Origin: Eledone cirrhosa
Lineage: Eukaryota
Direction of reading: 5' to 3'
NCBI GenBank assembly: GCA_964016885.1
Contig: OZ024750.1
Span: 4,526,001-4,590,000 of the forward strand
DNA: 64,000 bases
Below are positions 31,199 through 44,857 of this stretch, piece by piece. A program made the translations under genes and the position numbers. The notes below the pieces were generated by a model. It was not told the DNA's origin, made no database searches, and saw only the letters and a program-made list of their open reading frames with translations. How positions within the stretch are numbered: position 1 is the first letter of the stretch; every line of letters starts with the position of its first letter.

Positions 31199-31521
31199 CT
31201 TCAGTTGGTTTAAGACTGTTGATAAGATAGTTCTAGTTAGTTATCAAATATGTTTCATAGACTCAAATCTTTGGCAATGGCGGCCATACTTTCTAACTCT
31301 ACAACACTCATCTTATTCAATTTACCAAACCGGAAGTAAATAAAACAACAACAACAACAACAATAATAATAATAACAATAATGATAATAATAAAATTACA
31401 GAAAGAAAATGAAACTATTAAAGAAATTTTCTTCAATGACAAAACAAACAATTCTTACCACAAACTAAAACAACACAAAAACAAAACGTATCTTAATAAA
31501 TATTTCTAACAACTACACACA

Positions 31522-31644
<123 letters not shown>

Positions 31645-32773
31645 TCAGACCTCCACATACAAACGTACATAACCTATGTGAACCCAAATAATTCCCTCCC
31701 CCCTCTCTATCTGTCTATCATATTTCTTTACACCTCCTCCCCTCACTCTTTACACACAAGTATCGACTTTCTCTCCCTCTCTATCCCCCCTCCCCCTCTC
31801 TCATTTTTTCTGTTTTTATTTATTTATGTATTTGTTTATTCGTTTTGTTCTTTATGATCACATTTCCTTCAACTGTTTGGAACTTCTGACATTGAAGGAA
31901 AAGGAAAGAAAGGAGAGAGAGAGAGTGTGGAGGTGTGTGTGAGAGAGAGAGAGAGATAGATAGAAAGAGATAGACAGACAGAGAGAGAGTGTGTGTGAGT
32001 GAAAGAGATAGATAGATAGAGAGAGAGACAGAGAGAGAGTGTGTTTGTAAGAGAGTGTGTGTGAGTGAGAGAGATAGAGAGAGAGTGTGTGTGAGAGAGA
32101 GAGAGTGTGGGTGAGAGAGTGAGAGAGTGTGTGGGGGTGTGAGAGAGATAGAGTGAGAGAGTGTGTGTGGGTGTGAGAGAGATAGAGAGAGAGAGTGTGT
32201 GTGAGTGAGAGAGATAGAGAGAGTGTGTGTGGGTGAGAGAGAGAGAGAGAGAATACAAAACAAAACAAAAGCTACGTACATCACCCTAATTACACTTTCC
32301 ATACGATGTTGCCCCTTTTCTTTTAGATCCTTATCGTCTGTATTTCATCATTGAAATAATCTCTTGCCTTCCTAAGTGAGCATAATTAAATGCGACCAAC
32401 CATTTATCTTATATTTAAGATCTCAACATGTGAAACGAACAGTTTTCATCGACCCTTTAATCCTAGGGTCTCCACAATATCAACACCAAAGACAACAAAT
32501 AACACAAAAAATATTTAAAAAAAAACTAAGAAATATATAAAAAATATGAAAACAAAAAGAAACGAAAGAAAGAGACAAAGAGAGAAAGTTGATAGATTCT
32601 TCTCTCCTCTCTCTCTCTTGTCTCTCCCTCTCTTGTCTCTCTCTCTCTATTGTCTCTTGTCTCTCTCTCTCTCTTGCCTCTCTCTCTCGTCTCTTGTCTC
32701 TCTCTCTCTCTTGCCTCTCTCTCTCGTCTCTTGCCTCTCTCTCTCTCTCTTGTTTCTCTCTCTCGTCTCTTGC

Positions 32774-32804
<31 letters not shown>

Positions 32805-33494
32805 CTCTCTCTCTCGTCTCTTGCCTCTCTCTCTCTCGCCTATCTCTCTCTCGTCTCTCTCTCTTGTCTCTCCCTCTCTTGTATCTCTCTCTCTTGTCTC
32901 TCCCATCTCTCTCTCTCTCACGGGTTCCCATTTTTTACAGTAAACAATAATATTTAGAAGGCTAAAGAATGAAGGCAGAGCTGGAGATATATTATCCAAT
33001 TGCCAAAGTCTACTAACGTATTCTTTGGAGCAGAAACCATACGCTTTACAAACCAGCCTAAACGACTGGGATTCCACGTAGCTTTAATTGTGTTTAAGTT
33101 ACACGCAACTGAACTTTCTTAAAGCTTGATAAACCTCATTCGGAAATTTTGCAATTTTTTTTGCTTTCTCTCTCTCTTCCAAAAGAAAAAAAAACAGACA
33201 TATTTTGTAAGCCAATTTTATAAACCACACCCATGTAACTTCCTGGGGACATCTAATTGGAATTATTTCATTATTTCGTTGGCTTGTCCTATTGTTTTTA
33301 TTCTCTTTCATATAAGTAGTCTATATATTTGCACGCTTCACTTTCTTGATAATGTAAACATGCACACATACGCAAATACACACATACACAAAATCACGTA
33401 TACATACACACACACACACACACACAGACACCCACACACACATTATATATCTATATCTATCTATTAATCTCTCTCTCTCTCTCCTTCACACACA

Positions 33495-33567
<73 letters not shown>

Positions 33568-33569
33568 CA

Positions 33570-35230
33570 CTAGCGTTAACACGCTATCTAGAAGATAGCA
33601 TACTCAGCACTAACATTGGATTGTATACTAAACAGTTTGCAGCCAGAGCATAGACAAACCTTATGAATTATCTAAGAGTTGGGTAATTTGAAATTGAAAA
33701 ATGTGAGAACCACAATTTCAGTAAATACCTGTAACAGACGATCGCTATAAATGATAGCTGAGAAAATCGGGTGATATACCTCTGGAAACGGAAGAAAAAA
33801 AATGGCTAGTTGCACTTACGGAGAATCGAACTCTGTATCTCTCGAATACAATGTGAGTGCGTTACCCTTACTCTAAAGGGCCACTGATACCTTATTCCTT
33901 CATTTTTAGAAGGCTATAGAAAACAGCTTAAGGCCAGATTGTAGATGGAAGTTATCAAACCTTATGAATTATCAAAGGACTGGTTGATTTGAAATATGAA
34001 GCTGCAATCTGTTTGGTAGTATTGCCTTCTCAAAAAGACGGATGAAGGTCAACCCACTTTCTCCTACAAGCTGTCGCGGACTAGGTCTAAAAATGGTGGT
34101 TGTCAGGAGATGAAGGGGGCCCACCTACATATAGAATGCTATAATTTAATTTTTATAATGAATAAATAACATTTTCGAAAAATACATAAGAGGAAACAAA
34201 ACAGTGCAATCAAATTTTTGCGGAAAAATATCTTACCTTCTCCAATAAAAAATATTATGTATTTTGCGAAATTCAGAGACTTTCAATAATCACCAGAAGT
34301 CGACCCTAAATATTACTAATAGCTCTAGGAAAGCCATGAACGACACAACATCTTTTTAACTTTGATTTTGAAAGTAGGTTTATAATTATCAATTTTCATT
34401 ATACATTTGTAGCTGTCTCAGTGGCCGACTTGGAGGGATCATAGACGGTGGTGATCCTGGTCTGAAGTTCGATCCTGGTCGGGAGTAGGGTACCCTGTAA
34501 ACCTTTTCAGTTTTTTTCTATGGGTTGTAAAATAAAAACTGAAAATGGTTACATGTACCTCTTGACCAGGATTGAACCCACCGTCTCTAGTACCTACCGC
34601 TAGGCCACAGAGACAACTACGAAAATCTTATGAAAATTCATACTTATAAACCTACTTTCAAAATTTTCAAAACAAAGTGTTGTGGTGTCGTTCATGTTTT
34701 TCTTATTGCTCCTACTTAAGGTCGATTTCTAAATCTTTGGGGTGTTCCATAAGCTACATCCTCGTTTTGTTTCACATCTTTCTAGACTATATTTTAACCT
34801 GCAATCCATGTCTCATTACTGTTCCACCTCACCCCTCCCCTCATTGGTTGACCAAATGCTTTGCTTAATTGTTTAATTTATTTTCTTTGAAATTTTATTC
34901 TTTCTCTTAGATTTCAGGTATTTTTTGAAAGCAAAGCATTGGCCTCTAAAATACTACAGTGGGCCCTGCAATGGTACTGTGGGCTCTTGCAAAGCTACCG
35001 TGGGCCCCCTTGGGGCCCACTTTCCATTGGGCAACCTGGCAACCTGGCCAGTCCGCCACTGCCTACAAGCTACAGATCGACCTGTGGCTATGATAAATGG
35101 CATTTAACCAAGATGCCACGAGACCTAATGATCGCAAAGGGAACTTCTTAACAATTTTTGTCGAGTTGTGTCCGCACATCATACTTTACCGCCTGAAATA
35201 AAAGAAACATTGGCTTATGTATTTTCTAGA
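33570..35230 (-). mobile_element. Non-autonomous Helitron (~1.66 kb)
   Basis: Minus strand begins A|TCTAGAAAATACATAAG and ends with hairpin gctatct-tct-agatagc followed by gtgttaacg and CTAG|T. No target-site duplication, inserted at an AT dinucleotide. Confidence 0.75.
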
Positions 35231-35239
35231 TACGATTTC

Positions 35240-35490
35240 TAGTATAGGCACAAGGCCAGTAATTTGGGGGGAGCAGAAAGTCGATTAAATCGACCCCAGT
35301 ACGTTACTGGTGTTTATTTTATCGATCCCCGTAAGGATGAAGGGCAAAGCTAACCTTAGTGGGATTTGAACCCAGTTCGTTACTGGTACTTTATTTTATT
35401 GACCCCGTAAGGATGAACGTAAAGGGCCATAACTCTATGTTGCAAAGCATAGCGTCCGATTCTCTACCGATATTGCCAATCGACCTCCCT
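35240..35490 (-). mobile_element. Rearranged SINE A copies
   Basis: The core is duplicated. Confidence 0.75.
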
Positions 35491-36045
35491 TATGTAGTTC
35501 TAGATATAGAAACGTTCCACAGTCATGACTGAAATGTTTTAGATGGTGGATCAAATCGAGCATGACAAATCTGTGGCTAAACAACAATAACAACAACAAC
35601 AACAACAGCAACAACAACAACATTTGCCATTGTACTTTTTAGTCTTTCTTGCTACCTCACATATTTTGTTGTTGTTGTTGTTGTTCTTATTGTAGTAGAG
35701 AGTATTATCATAAGGGACTAGAGTTTCGTGCAAATAGGAAGGCGGAGCAACACATCAATGTGAAAACAAAAAAAGGCAGATGTGGGACTGTATAATTAAA
35801 GAAGCGCCATGCAACGGGTATCATTCTGAATAAATGTGATGGGAAGAGCACAAACACTGTACCCGGGTACAAAGTAAATCACTATTGAAGGGGGTAAAAG
35901 AAAATGTTACTACCACGAAAAAGAAAAGATTGGTAATTATATGTATAAATATTTTTGCAAGTATGTGTAATATATATATGTATGTGTGTGTGTGTGTGTA
36001 TACATATATATATATATATATATATATGTATACACACACACACGC

Positions 36046-36079
<34 letters not shown>

Positions 36080-36285
36080 ATTAGTGTGTGCAAGTACGAA
36101 TACGTGCATGTATACAAACGAAAACACGCATCTAAGGCCACATGTTTGCATACATACATATATACATAATACATGCATACATAATACATACATAATACAT
36201 ACATAATACATACATAATACATATATAATACATATATAATACATACATATATACATGCATACAAACTTTATATACACACGTAATT

Positions 36286-36318
<33 letters not shown>

Positions 36319-36327
36319 CATATATAT

Positions 36328-36370
<43 letters not shown>

Positions 36371-36436
36371 TACATACATACATACATACATACATACATT
36401 CCTAAAATGCATGCATGCAAAACACACACAGACACA

Positions 36437-36489
<53 letters not shown>

Positions 36490-36996
36490 CCGTCAAGGTT
36501 TTTCATCCATTTTGTTCTTTTCTAATTCTTCGGTTTAACTTATACGCTAAGTTAGAGGAATATGGCTAACATTACCAACGACAGAAACATTCATAAAAGA
36601 CTCTACTTTTATAAGTCCAACAAAGACACGCTCGTATATTCCTTGAGAAGACCTCCATTTTGCTTTTTGCTTTTTTTTAGGTTTCAACCCAGAACGCCCT
36701 CTGGTGGACACGTGAATAAACATGCATCGAAAGAAGTAGTTACGCTATTGAGTAGATTTTTCACCAAGTTGCCATCTGTTACACATTTGAAGGCGTTTCG
36801 CCAATAACTGAGGCATTAAAATACCCCACCGCCCCACACACACCACCACCACCGCCACCACACCACCACCACCACCACCGCCATCACCACCGCCGCCATC
36901 ACCGCCAACACCATCGCCGCCATCATCCTCTCAAGAAAAAAATAGATGACGTAGATAAACAATAAATACATATGTATATGTGAAGCTTTGAATGGT

Positions 36997-37041
<45 letters not shown>

Positions 37042-37322
37042 CACAAGTTTATTGTGGTATAGACTTCTCAATATTTCTTCATTATAATTATTCTACTCTT
37101 AATGTATGTATATACACGTCAGATAATGTATGCGCGTATATATATATATATATAATATATATATACGTGTGTGTGGATGAAAGGTTGTATATTTTTCCAA
37201 GGATATATATGTGTATATAACATTTAATATATCACCAGACATCGTCCCCCAACTTATCACATCCTTTCCCGCTTTCCATGTCTGTAACCTATTATATGTC
37301 TATGTCCGATTATATGTTGAGC

Positions 37323-37372
<50 letters not shown>

Positions 37373-37417
37373 TATATATATAATATAAGATCAAAAGATG
37401 GTTAAAAGAGTTCCATG

Positions 37418-37488
37418 TATTTTATTATGCGCATTTCAAAAACAAATATCATCATGGGATGATATTTGCGTTCTCATCAGATAAAATA
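37418..37488 (-). ncRNA. Type I hammerhead ribozyme, intact
   Basis: Reads UAUUUUAU-CUGAUGA-GAACGCAAAUAUCAUC(ccau)GAUGAUAUUUGUUUUU-GAAA-UGCGCA-UA|AUAAAAUA. Stem I is 8 bp, stem II is 16 positions with one mismatch, and stem III is palindromic. Confidence 0.9.
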
Positions 37489-37601
37489 GGGAGACATGAT
37501 ATGAAGCTTAAAAAACACTTGCGAGCAGTGAAGTGTTAAATCTACATATGAAAACATTTCATTGCTCGCAAGTGTTTTTTAAGCTTCATATCATGTCTCC
37601 C

Positions 37602-37672
37602 TATTTTATCTGAGGAGAACGCAAATATCATCCCATGATGATATTTGTTTTTGAAATGCGCATAATAAAATA
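37602..37672 (+). ncRNA. Type I hammerhead ribozyme, intact (CUGAGGA variant)
   Basis: Same as the minus copy except at the variable core position 7 (G). Predicted cleavage after 37664. Confidence 0.88.
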
Positions 37673-37793
37673 CATGGTACTCTTTTAACCATCTTTTGAT
37701 CTTATATTATTTATACTCCAGTCCTATAAACTGTTGAGTGCTACTTAACCGATATTTGCATTGCTTTATTGTACTACAATAAAACCCCCCTCC

Positions 37794-37849
<56 letters not shown>

Positions 37850-37963
37850 CACACTTATATATATATATAAATACATATATAAGCATATAAATACGTGTGT
37901 AACAGAAATGGTCGCATTCTTTAAGGGTATGTCAATATTTATTTATAAAACTGATCTATATTA

Positions 37964-38028
37964 TATTTTATCTGATGAAAGCGCACCATAATTTGACTTG
38001 GTGTCCTTGAAATATGTATAATGAAATA
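37964..38028 (+). ncRNA. Type I hammerhead ribozyme, intact (family H3, island ~37890-38143)
   Basis: Reads UAUUUUAU-CUGAUGA-AAGCGCACCA(10-nt loop)UGGUGUCCUU-GAAA-UAUGUA-UA|AUGAAAUA. Distal stem I extension auuuauaaaac/guuuuauaaau. The island ends in (AT)n. Confidence 0.87.
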
Positions 38029-38326
38029 AATATGGTTTTATAAATATAAATCGTATTTTTACTCCAATAATTTGTTGAATGCTTTATATCAGTTATAAAA
38101 ATATTTGCTTGTTGTATCCCAATAAATTAAACATAACTTCTACATATATATATATATATATATATGGAAAACGAAGAATCAGTGATGCATCGGAAGACAA
38201 TTTATTACGTATTACAATTGTTTCTCCGACGAACAGCTCGCGGTGCGCATAGAGTGCTCAACTGGCATACCGCCTATGGACGCATCCACGCAACCTTACT
38301 ACAAATATATATATATATAATATGTC

Positions 38327-38376
<50 letters not shown>

Positions 38377-38521
38377 CATGTGTGTGTGTGTGAGTGTTTG
38401 TCGGACATTCGAATCGATGGAATTTGATTGAATATGTTTCTAAATTCAAAGTATTTCAATTCTATTTTGTAACCTTTCAGTGATATTTATAAAGTGGCTA
38501 TTGTACTTTTAAAGTACTTAC

Positions 38522-38776
38522 GTCTACGTTCTTTAATGATAACATTAGAGTAATAATGTTGAACGTTTGTGTTGTACTGATAAACTTAAAACTGAATGTT
38601 CCAGTCTTGGAATGCAGCATAAAAGCTTCAGAGTTGATAACAGCATATTGCGATATCAGCGAAGTGTTTAGTTGTTGAGTTTAATTATCAAATTTCTTCT
38701 CTGAACAAAGCTGAATGATATTGATAACAGTTCGTATATGAACCCTTTTTTGCAATGTTATCTCATTGATTTAAAC
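38522..38776 (-). other. Candidate spliced non-coding/UTR exon (255 nt)
   Basis: Minus-strand acceptor gtgttttattacag and donor GAC|GTAAGT. Stops in all three frames. Confidence 0.35.
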
Positions 38777-38993
38777 CTGTAATAAAACACATTGGCAGCT
38801 CTGATTAATAATGAACAAAAGGTGTTGAGCAGATGTCAGATAATGTTTCGTCTTCCACGGCATTGCTAAAATAAAAAAAATAACCCCAAATCTTATGGGG
38901 TTTGCTGAATATGCATTAATATGTAAATGTATGTATATTCATGTGTGTATATATGTGTGTGTGAGTTGAGTATGTGAGTGTATGTGTGTATGC

Positions 38994-39097
38994 GTGCATG
39001 TGTACGTATGTTTTTGTGTGAATATTCGTACGATATATATATATATATATAAATATATCGTACGAATATTCACACAAAAACATACGTACACATGCAC
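38994..39097. repeat. Perfect inverted repeat (~45-bp arms) centred on an (AT)n spacer
   Basis: gtgcatgtgtacgtatgtttttgtgtgaatattcgtacgatatat followed by its reverse complement. Confidence 0.9.
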
Positions 39098-39462
39098 ACA
39101 CACATACACTCACACACACACACACATATATATATACCAGCCGTCTTCTGTGGATCACTAAAGTTTCGAACGCATTGTCCTTGAGTTTGTGTTTTTATCC
39201 ACGTTCTCTAAATAATATTTATTGGTAACCACACAGCCTTTCTCTTTCTTTTATAATATATATATATATATATGTATAACCATATATATATAACCATATA
39301 TATATATATATATATATATATAACCATATATATATATATATAACCATATATATATATATAACCATATATATATAACCATATATATATATGTATATGTAGA
39401 AATATTTATATGTATGTATAAAAAATGTTTGTGCATATAGATACACAAATATACACATATTC

Positions 39463-39555
<93 letters not shown>

Positions 39556-39974
39556 TGTGTGTGTGTATGTGTGTGTGTGTAGATAGAGAAAGAGAAAATG
39601 TGTAAATGAGAAAATAAATAAGAAAGTGAACGAAAAGATATCGTAAAGGAAGACATGAAAGGAGCTAAGTTCCATTGTAGAAGTTCTATTGTTGATAGAA
39701 TAGAATCTCCTACATTTCTAGTTATATAATGTCTCGGCTTTGATGTGTTTTACTTAATCGAGCAAAAGAGAGTAACATCGACACGATCGCTCCATTTACT
39801 AAACATAACAGCCGAACCTCCCACAAATCAAACGTCCTATCACCTGAAAAATAAAATAAAATAAAATAAAATAAAATAAAGGAAAAATGAATTAATATAG
39901 TTTCTGATATATTACACCTGAAAAAAAAGACGGGACGATGAAAGCTGGATTACCTTTATTAAAGATTTCTGATT

Positions 39975-40410
39975 GAGACACAAGAACAACAATTTTTATT
40001 GTGGAGAGTAAAGTCGATTAAACCGACCCTATTACGTATTTTATTGACCCTGTAAGGATGAAAGACAAAGCTATAACTTCAGTTGGATTTGAACTCAGAA
40101 TATAAAGGGCCGTAACTATATGTCGCAAAACATTTTCTCAGAGACTTTCCACCGATTTTGTGACTGTAGCGCCCCTCGCGAGTGAAAGCTAAATAATGGT
40201 TTCTTATATAGGCACAAGGCCAACAATTTTGGGGGAGGGATAAGTCGATTAAATCGACCGCAGTGTGTAACTGGTACTTTATTTTATCGACCCCGTAAGG
40301 ATGAAAGGCAAAGTGAACCTCGGCGGGATTTGAACTCAGACCACAAAGGGCCGTAACTCTATGCGTCAAAGCATGGCGTCCGACCCTCTACCGATACTGC
40401 CAATCCAAGA
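39975..40410 (-). mobile_element. Two tandem SINE A copies
   Basis: Reverse complements of the consensus. Confidence 0.8.
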
Positions 40411-40847
40411 AATAATAATAACAATACTGAAATAAAACAGTAAAGCAAAAACAAAGACAAACAAACGAACAAAAAAACAACAAAACCCCCAAAAACAAGC
40501 TAGCAAAAGTGTTGAGTAGGTTAATGGGGTAGGTTAGGGGTCGTTATAAAAGGGGTATGGAAATGATGGTAATGAAACAGTGCAAGGTAAAGGTGGGTGG
40601 GCAAGTCTGGAGTTAGTCAGTCTGAATAGATTTTCGGTAATGATGAAGGTGGTGTGCGGTAAAGGGAGGCTCTGTCAGCCATCCCCATATTTCCATTGAC
40701 TGCTCTGCCAGTTTCAGGTTATCACTGTGGTTGGTCAAAAACGAGTCATTGAATGTCGCTTTAGAAACAAAAATTACTCTGTGTGTCTTTTCCCCACCCC
40801 ACAATAAACATATAACTACGAACTAATCTTATAAACAACCACAGACG

Positions 40848-40915
<68 letters not shown>

Positions 40916-40968
40916 TGTATATATACACATACACACACACACACATATATATACATACACACACACAC

Positions 40969-41056
<88 letters not shown>

Positions 41057-41293
41057 TCACGTCATACAAAGACACACACATACACACACATATATAGACA
41101 AACATATTACAAAAAAACCCCACACGGATACGCGTGCGCACTCACCCCCAACCACCCCCACACATCTACATACATACACACTCACATAAACGGACTACTT
41201 TAACGTTATACAAAGACATACATACATACACACATGGACAAATATACAAAAATAACATACGCGGATACGCGTGCACGCTCCCCCCGCCCCGAC

Positions 41294-41328
<35 letters not shown>

Positions 41329-41492
41329 AACACGAGGAGCCAGGGACATTCACATACTCTCACTTCAGCAGGTAGAAGAGTCGGTGTTGAAGCCACACCC
41401 TTTCGTTATTATATCTTAGGGTCAGACAAAGTTCAGGATTTTCCTTCTTCCTAACTAACGACAATGTATGACAATATATCTATCTACCTATG

Positions 41493-41550
<58 letters not shown>

Positions 41551-41899
41551 GCTAGCTAGCTAGCTAGCTAGCTAGCTAGCTTGCTAACATGTGTGTGTGT
41601 GTGTGTGTGTATCTGTGTCTGTGTGTGTGGTAGTGGTGGGAGCGAGTTTATCTATTTCTATTTATAATGACCTTCGACAAATTTCCGTCATCTATCTTTC
41701 CCCCATGTATCGAACTGACCGTCATCCCGATCTCCATTATTCTCCATCTATCCATCTATCTATCTATCTATCTATCTATCTGTCTGTCAACGACATTATA
41801 TCTGTAATGTTCTTCTGAACAAATTGCGAGCTATTTATGTTATTTACGCATTTGTAATGTAATTTATACAACTGTGACTAAAATCTCTCTCTTATTTTT

Positions 41900-42062
41900 T
41901 CATTAAAACAAAATCTATCTTTTTTTTTTAATTTTATTTTTATTTTTATATAGTTTATTGTTATTTATCATTGTTAAAGAATTTATGTAAAACCCCCGCC
42001 GTCACGTCTTGTAATGTCCCATTTTTGTGCACCCCTGTGGCAAATAAAGAAAGATATCTATC
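41900..42062 (+). mobile_element. LINE-like 3' end with AATAAA and (TCTA)n tail
   Basis: tgtgcacccctgtggcaaataaagaaa followed by tatcta repeats. The same end occurs at 51455-51490 and a related inverted one at ~15840-15900. Confidence 0.55.
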
Positions 42063-42915
42063 TATCATGTGTATGGGGGTATGAGGTTACAATGACCTTC
42101 GATAAGTTTCTGTCTCCATATGTATCGAACTCTATCTATCTACCTATCTATCTACCTATCTATCTACCTATCTATCTACCTATCTATCTGCATGACTGTC
42201 TGTCTGTATGTCTATCTATACCAATCATACGCTCTTAGTTGAGATGTCTAGTTCCTCGTGACATCTGAGTCATGATTCAACTTGAAATGTTAAATGAAGA
42301 ACGATTGCCAATGGCAGCTGTGATGGAGGTGAAGAAAGGCCCACGGTGTTATCACCTGAATATAAATCACTGTCTTTGACTGCATTTGGCTGTTTTGGCG
42401 ACTGTTCTAGCGATGAGTTTCCTCATTTTTGTATATATTCAATCAAATACACTCTTGCTTCGTCTCAATCAGAGATAACATTGTTATAACTCATCTTTAA
42501 GATATTGCAGAGGGCTACATAGTGACTACGGAAGAGATTATGTTAGACGTAGTCGGAAATCCACCTGGCTTGTGTTCAAATTCTCAATAATACCTTTATT
42601 ACATTCTTCACTTTCACTAGGTGGGAATGAGGTGAAGAAGCAAAGTAAGAAAAAACGGTAACCTTTCTTTCGGAAGAGGTTTATGAGAGTTCTGTGAAAA
42701 AAGTAGGGACAGTAGTGTTAATGAAGATCAGGAACTAGGGTTCCATTAGATGGGATGAGAGGGGGAAGAATAAGCAAGCACCCAGCGATCTTGATGATTA
42801 CCGGAGCTAAGAGCTATGATATCTCCCCCACCCCTCTCTGTCTGGCACACAGGAAATATATCATTTGAAGTCTAAATTTAGCCAAACGTTGTTATCCTCT
42901 TCGTATTGTTTTGTT

Positions 42916-42973
<58 letters not shown>

Positions 42974-43551
42974 GTTTGCTTCTTGTGTTTGTATGTGTGT
43001 TTTCTTTACCACACCCTGTTGACATTACGGATTTAACTGTAAATCTCTCTATGTCTTCAAGGTGAACAAAGAAAAAAAATGCAGCCATTTCTTTTTTCCC
43101 CTTTTTTCCTTTCCTTCCGCTTCTTTGTAGTCGCCATTTTTGTTCTTGTAATATCACTATCCGCCATATTTATAGCAATAAAATAAGGTAGATTGGTAGT
43201 ATCAGTAGATTGGTAGTATCAGTAGATTAGTAGTATCAGTAGATTGGTAATATCGGACAACATGCTTTGCAGTATTTAGTTATGACCCTTAATGTCTACG
43301 TAGCTGTTAATATTACTCTTTTACTCTTTTACCTGTTCCAGCCATCCGGCTGAGGCCATGCTGGGGCACCGCCCTTGTTTAGATTTGTATTTTGAAGGCC
43401 TTCTCTGGAGATGAAATCAGAATAAGGATGTCCTACAAAGGTGCAAGACTGTGCAGTTGTATGTGTCCTGCACTCCAGCTGGTCCTCATATATGTTGGAC
43501 ATCAGGCCTGGTAGCTTTGTTCCCTCCGGCCCGTGCTGTTTATTATATACA

Positions 43552-44092
43552 CTAGCAGAAAAACCACTCTTCGGGTGTTTTTTTCTGCTAGCATGTGTAG
43601 TGTGTATATTGATATTATACGCAAGTATATATACATGTAGATATGATACATGTGTAGTGTGTATATTGATATTATACGCAAGTATATATACATGTAGATA
43701 TGATACATCAAATAAAATCGTAATCGACAATATCCACAAAAATTGAACGAAGACTGCGTTACACTGTCTTATGTAATCAGTAAAGTAATCCATGATACAT
43801 TAAAAAAAGACGATATTATATATAAATTGCAAAATTAATGACGGAAATAGATGAATGTTTATTTAAGCAGTCGCTAACCGGAAGTGTTGACATTTGAAAA
43901 TTGTAAAGAAGGGAATCTTAAAATAAGTAACAAAATTATTTATATTTAATCAAGAATAACGAAATTTATTAGATAAATTATGTAATATTCATTCATTATT
44001 TATTGAAAGTAATCCAACTTATTTTACTAACGGGATAAAAAAAAATATATTCCGGACGCAGTCCCGCACTCCTTACTTTATTATAGTTTAGA
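43552..44092 (-). mobile_element. Non-autonomous Helitron (~540 bp)
   Basis: Minus strand 5' end A|TCTAAACTATAATAAAG and 3' palindrome ending CTAG|T. Internal ~57-bp tandem duplication at 43592-43708. Confidence 0.75.
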
Positions 44093-44525
44093 TTTGTATC
44101 TGTGAGACGGTAGCAGTTGAGGTTGTTAGAGGGGATGATGTTCCAAAGAAACAGAAATCACTGAACCGTAACAGCTAATTTAATTAATTTATATTAACAA
44201 CGTAAGCATGAGTAATACAGACATTTCAACTGGAGATAAATGGTAAAAGTATAACTGGACACTGCTGTGCACCAGGTCCGAACACGGAAGAGCCGAACTC
44301 CCACTGTGGTCACCTCTATCTCTCTCGCCCTCCCCCTGTTATTATGCTATCTAATCTATGTGTGTTGGATTAGAGTTCTTTCAGTGTTGTTAATGACTTC
44401 GTTGGAGCTGTCAACATGTCCGTAGAAGATGAGGAGGAGAGGGTTGGAACTTTTGGATAGAAGCCATGAGGTTTTGAAGAATGATCCGTCTATTGTATTT
44501 TACAAAATCAATTTTCGTTCATAGA

Positions 44526-44563
<38 letters not shown>

Positions 44564-44565
44564 CT

Positions 44566-44641
<76 letters not shown>

Positions 44642-44778
44642 ATATAAGGATTGATATATATATATATATATATAAGGATTACTACATACATACATGTTGA
44701 AAATATATCTTCTATAGATAGTATATTTATTTAGATTGCATTTGTGCAATAAATACATACGAGCGGTATGCGTGTATC

Positions 44779-44822
<44 letters not shown>

Positions 44823-44857
44823 AAGATTTGAATGGATACAGTTTAGTTGAAAGGAAT

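Larger units (their letters stand above)
37380..37796. mobile_element. Palindromic Penelope-like pLTR (family H2) carrying two hammerheads
   Basis: Inverted arms ~37380-37537 and ~37553-37710 with about 4 mismatches. The right arm continues ~85 nt to ...cccccctcctac. (AT)n on both sides. Confidence 0.85.

Noticed and set aside
38221-38255. CCGACGA...GCGCAUAGAG in an AT-flanked island
   Set aside because: GAAA is missing and the core is altered; at best a deleted relic.
39156-39210. Minus-strand stem II (GAACGU/GCGUUC) plus GAAAC
   Set aside because: The CUGA half of the core is absent and position 17 is G; counted only as a possible remnant.
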